Assembly: GCF_902459465.1 (NCBI RefSeq)
Contig: NC_047070.1
Coordinates: forward strand, 15,376,001-15,440,000
Origin: Asterias rubens
Lineage: Eukaryota
Length of the DNA: 64,000 nt
Direction: 5' to 3'
Shown here in pieces: positions 58,878 through 64,000 of the stretch. The notes under the pieces were generated by a model. The model was not told where the DNA came from. It saw only the letters and a list, made by a program, of their open reading frames with translations, and did no database searches. Positions within the stretch are counted from its first letter, which is position 1, and each line of letters begins with the position of its first letter. Position numbers and translations under genes: made by a program.

Positions 58878-59003
58878 CTGGAACGAAAACAACAACAAAA
58901 ACATTAGTTGTGATGTGTGAAGCTTTTGCATGATGTGAATAATAAGAATTAACTAAACATTAGTAAGCTTGCGGGTACAACCATGTGTTAAATATATTTT
59001 GAT

Positions 59004-59116
59004 AGAGTGTTGGTTATGACGTTTCAAACAGTATACTCTGCTCGTCTTCAGGATACTTTCTCCTTTCTCCTGAAGACGATCAGAGTTACCGTTCGAAACG
59101 TCGAGACCAACACTCT
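59004..59116. ncRNA. Inverted pair of minimal type-I hammerhead-ribozyme motifs (Penelope-type) in Hhex intron 1
   Basis: Plus strand: TCTC-CTGAAGA-C-GATCAG-AGTTA-CCGTTC-GAAAC-GTC-GAGA (59066-59106). Minus strand: ATC-CTGAAGA-C-GAGCAG-AGTATA-CTGTTT-GAAAC-GTC (59054-59018). Activity untested. Confidence 0.55.
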
Positions 59117-62100
59117 CTTTATTCATGAATATAAGTAGTCAAACGCTGAAACGTTTTTGTGCGAAAACTGGATCAAAGTATGGCTGTTTGAAGACATAAA
59201 CCATATTCCATGAACCGGTAAAACAAAGTCACCATAGGCCTAGGCTATATAATCTTTGAAACTTGACTATTACTTTATACCTCCAGACTAGCCTAACTAA
59301 TTTAACCTATCAATTAGGCCTAAATATCATTTTAATTTTCAACAAACAGCATCAAGTACTTGATTTAAATACTGTTAAGACAACAAACTACCCTTGTATG
59401 CCCTACAGTGAACAAAGCCAACCATAGGAGAGCTTGTATTTCGTCGATAAAGTTGTTACTTCTATCTAGGAAAGAGTCACAACCACATTCACATGGTAAT
59501 CTCACACCAATACACGTATGAAATATGGTCCCCCGGCGGCAATGTGATCTCAAATTATGCGAATAATATTTCTTATCCGTTTTGCCAGCCGTTTGTTCCC
59601 GGTGGGGTATCTAGATATCCAATCTATTGTTTGAATAACCCTTTTCCTGATTGCCATCTTCGAAGACATCCCTCTACACTAACTAAGGACCTCTGAATAT
59701 CCCATTAAGGGTACCATAACGAGAGGAAATTGTCAATTTTTGAAAACATGAGAGAGTGACAAAGAATGCTGGCGACTGAAGGACTGCAGGCAGCCCTTGT
59801 TGGGGCGAGGCGCTAGGGGTTGTTATGAATGAAGGCAAACACCACACACCATACCTTCGCATCATACGTATGAGTGAGATTGCAGTTTTTGCCAAGGTTT
59901 GAAAAATAAAAACATAAGGCTAAAATGATTAAGTACTGCGACTGGGTGGCTAGGATATTTATAGGTCGAAAGGTTATGCTTTAAATCAGAAATAATGAAT
60001 AGTTATACTGGACTTAATTTCATAAAGCCTAGAGCACCAAAACTTGCTCAGCACAGAGAAGCATTGCTTAACAAATACAGGTTACCAGCCCAAGTTGGCA
60101 TTCTGGTGGCTGGTGCCCGACTATTTTGATTGCTTTGCAAAGCAATTTGTCTAGCAGTATGTTCTGCTTAAAAGCTTGGTAAAAGTTGTCCCTGGGTGGG
60201 TTTCACAAAGAGTTAAGACTAGTCTTATCTCGAGTTAGGACGAGATATACTCGTCCTAACTTAGGAATACCCTGAAGTGTTTGAGATCTCATACAGGACA
60301 AGTCTTCATTTTTTTCTTTAAATCTACCAAAGTCGCACGGTGAAAAATCACAACAGGCGCTCCATATCACCAGCTCGCGCTCAACAACGTTTCTTTATGA
60401 CCCCCAAGGGACACGCTACATCACAAACATTGCAGCGAAAACAACTTTAATCAATTTCTCATCGAAAGAACTTTCAACAAGCTTTATCAACTCGACTTAT
60501 TATAAAAACAATCGGATAAACTCAGGACCAATGGACTATTATTTCATTAAAACATGACCTTTTCCTAATCCCAATTCTTCACTGAATTACTCATTCAACA
60601 CCCCCACATAATTGCGGTTCCAAAACATAATCTTTTATAAATAAAGGACAACGAGTTATGATGATGAACAATTTTCAAACTAAACTTCCAGCAAGTCACA
60701 CACACACACGTGCCGTTATTCGCATCACTCAGCCCCTTGTTATCCACAACGAAGAAGTGAAGCGGGCAGGACTCATCGGATGTACTAGGCCTACCCAAAG
60801 CCCCATACAAAGTCCCCTGGACTCCGGGAAATGATCTGTACGGATTGTCTAATTCGAATAATTTCCCCCAATTTTGGCTCATCAACACACAAGATCTCTC
60901 GAAGCAGGCTTGAGTGGGGGTGAGCCAACGTGCGTGCGTCCCCGGGTCTGACGAGCCGTGGTGCCCGGTGCGGTATGAGGCTACGTCCACTGCCTTGATT
61001 GCTAGATCGTGCATCATTTCCGTTTGGTACAGAGTGCTTTTCCGATCGGACTTTTTATCTTAGCTATCCAGCTTGAACCCCTTCGAGGGGTTACAATTTC
61101 CTGAAGGTTGCGTTCAGAGACGGATATCTATAGTGCTTTATACAGGCACTTTTTGTGTTCGATCTATGACCAGTTTTGTTCACTTTTAAAGGAGGTGTAG
61201 AATTTGAAGTTTGATGCTTCAATTCTTAATTTTCGTTTCCGCAATACTCTCATCATAATAGGACCTCCTGTGACACTAAGATAGCACCGCCAAGAAAACT
61301 AGGCAATCGCAATAATTTATTGTTGACTTCAAGATTCTTGATTCTGTAACGTCCTGGGCCCATTTGTATGAAAATGCTAAGGAGAAAATACCGCTTGACG
61401 AATTTCTTTGCTAAGCAAACATCGAATGAGTCACAACAATGTAAACTTATATTGTAATTGTCATTTTACCTGGTGACTTGTTTCTGTTAAGCAAAACTTT
61501 TCTGTGCTTAGCTAGTTTTTGTGCTTACTTTACAACTTACAAGCTTTATGAAATTGGGCCATGATCACAGGGGACGATTCTCTGTTAGACGATTGTAATT
61601 TTGGTAAATACACTGTACATGACAACATTTTGTGTCACTTTTTTACCTATATTTTGAACAAGAAGATTCCAGAAAATCCAGTATACAAACAAGATATCAA
61701 ATCAACATTAGAATTAGATACCCGTGAGTTCAAAAACTGGTTTCAATTAGTCAGGGGAACTAAAATAAAAATTCTGTAAGACATTCGGGAAAATGTTTAA
61801 CAGGGGTCAAGCTGCCCCTTTAAGCTCAACGAAAATATAAACTTCCGCAATGCTGTTTCTGAGTTCAATCTGATAGCACCAAGTCAGTATGGTAATGTCA
61901 TCACGACAGAGACTGGGAATAAACGAGAGAACAATCTACAAAGGATAACCAAAAAAAATGTACTTTTACCAGGAAATTAAAAACAACTGAATATTTGGAT
62001 TGAAAATATTGCCAAGCACAGGCAGAAACTTGAAAAGGATTTGTCAGAATGCCAACATTGATATGAAACACAATTGGATTAAGCTCCATGGGTGTATGTT

Positions 62101-62195
62101 ACATGCATAATATGTATTTTGTTCGTCATAACCTCGGTCTCACTTAACACTTTCGTTTTCAGAAAGAGAATGAAATAATTGGAAGGTTGGTTTAA

Positions 62196-62555
62196 AGACA
62201 CTGGACACTATTGGTAATTGTCAAAGACTAGCCGTCAAAGTTGGTGTATCTCAATATATGCATAAAATAACTAACCTGTGAAAATTTGAGCTCAATCGGT
62301 CGTCAAAGTTGCGTGATAATTGTGAAAGAAAACAAACACCCTTGTCACACGAAGTTGCGTGCTTTCAGATGCTTGATTTCGAGACCTCAATTTCTAAATC
62401 TGAGGTCTCTAAATCAAATTCGTGGAAAATTACTTCTTTCTCGAAAACTACATTACTTCAGAGGGAGCCGTTTCTCACAATGTTTTATACTATCAACCTC
62501 TCCCTACCACTCGTTACCAAGTAATTTGAGTAATTACCAATAGTGTCCACTGTCT
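62196..62555. mobile_element. Kolobok-type MITE family 1
   Basis: TTAA at 62192-62195 and 62556-62559; TIRs intact. Confidence 0.9.
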
Positions 62556-63678
62556 TTAATTATTGATGACTTTGCATGTATGTAGACATTGTTCCATGAG
62601 ACAAAGTTGATTTGATAACCTGTATTAATACATGGCTAGTCTGCAGAATGTTCAGTAATCTTAACAACCTTGACAACTTCTGCATAGTCACCACGGTGGT
62701 AGGATGTTTTTTTTGGTTCATCATGGGAGATACATTCTTTTGTATTCTGTTTACGAATATGTGAAAGTCAGAAGTCATATGAACTTCCAACCGACCTAAG
62801 TTAGTCATTATTCCCTGATAATGGCGTATCATTTACATTTTGTACCACTTTGGGAAACATGTGAAATGTTTAGGAAGTATTTCGTCAACAATCAAGACAC
62901 AAAGGAAGGGATTTCTTCTTAAATAATTTAAAGCCAGAAGTCATAAAATGATCTTCCAATCAACCTAAATAAGCCATTATTCTGTGAAAATGGCGTATGA
63001 ATGGTACGACTTTGGGAAAAAACATGTCTGAGAAAAAGGTTACACATTTTTTGCAATTTTATTACGTAATCAATAAGAGCACAAAGAAATAAATTTCTTC
63101 TTGATTATTTGGAAACACTTCTCATTTCAACGAGCTGTTTATAACCGAACATGTATGGTGGATTTCACAAAGAGTTAAGACTACAATATTATCTTGAGTC
63201 TTAAGACTTTGCCTCAAGTTGTTAATTACTCCTAAAGAGTCCTAGAACTATTCCTAAGTTTGGACGAGCAATTCGTCCTAACTTATGACTAGCCTTAATT
63301 CGCCCAAAACCCCCAAAGAGTCCTAGGACTTGTTCTAAGTTAGGACTATAGCCAAAGTTGTTCAATATCTCCTTACGAGTCCTAGGACAAGTCCTAAGTT
63401 GGGACTATCTCTGTGAAATCGACTCCCAGACTACCTAGTTAACTGTTGATGCATGGCTGCTAATTAAATATGCAAGGTGCTTATTTTGGACCGTGTTTAG
63501 ACAAACCGTGCTTCATGCCATAGTGCATTGTATTGGGGGCTATCTGTGGTTTTCCGTCCGCTGTATTAAGTTAACAATCGAGTACTTCGCATCGAATGAT
63601 TCCCACTTCCTTCAGTTCAATCAACTACTTTGCGACAACATCCAAATGTCTACAACACCTTCCTCCAATACAACTTAA

Positions 63679-63988
63679 AGGGGAAGTCCCAAACCATATT
63701 ATTGAACAAACCAGTTCATCATTCACATCGGTTTAAAGTAACGTATAAAGAGAGGCAATTTCTAGTTCAAATATTAAAAGAATTCAGACCTGAAGCCTTT
63801 TATTAGGCATCATCTAAAAGCACGAAAAATTTGAGCAACAAGGGTTTTTGTTCTTTCATTATTCTCTTTCACTTTCGATGACCAAATGAGTCAAAATGTT
63901 CACAGATTTGTTATTTTATGATGCATATGTTGGGATACACCAAGTGAGAAATCTGGTCTTTGTTAATTCTTAAAGGTGTCCAGTGCCT
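63679..63988. mobile_element. Kolobok-type MITE (diverged family-1 relative)
   Basis: TTAA at 63675-63678; end GGTGTCCAGTGCCT-TTAA. Confidence 0.72.
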
Positions 63989-64000
63989 TTAAAATTGCAA

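Noticed and set aside
60948-60985. CTGACGA plus CCG/CGG stem (hammerhead-like)
   Set aside because: The GAAA box and cleavage triplet geometry are missing.
60595-61017. 140-aa minus-strand ORF as a candidate Hhex exon 1
   Set aside because: It lacks the proline-rich N-terminus and TPFYI(D/E)DIL motif, ends in a stop codon, and has no suitable phase-1 donor that I could support.

Overview
AT-rich, intron-rich eukaryotic genomic DNA. The gene sequences and repeat style suggest an invertebrate deuterostome, probably an echinoderm such as a sea star (inference). Two genes lie on the minus strand, and both run off the window. (1) MFSD10/TETRAN (MFS transporter): eight coding exons at 10689->1176 splice in frame through canonical GT-AG sites into 349 codons; the last exons lie left of base 1. 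(2) The NKL homeobox gene Hhex: exons 2, 3 and 4 at 58877->51916, containing the complete homeodomain and an acidic C-terminus; exon 1 lies right of base 64000. The ~39 kb between the genes has no recognisable coding exon. It is filled with about 25 TTAA-flanked Kolobok-type MITEs of several families, other fold-back MITEs, tRNA-derived SINEs, L2/CR1-group LINE 3' ends, Penelope-like remnants, several tandem or higher-order minisatellites, and unique GC-richer islands that are candidate Hhex cis-regulatory modules. Most ORFs in the supplied track are artefacts of these repeats. Best leads: minimal hammerhead-ribozyme motifs with covarying stems, including an inverted pair ~130 nt from the Hhex exon 2 acceptor; a possibly ancient Hhex-MFSD10 microsynteny; a SINE/LINE pair sharing a 3' tail; and MITEs chained through shared TTAA sites. 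There are no CRISPR arrays, rRNA genes or intact tRNA genes.
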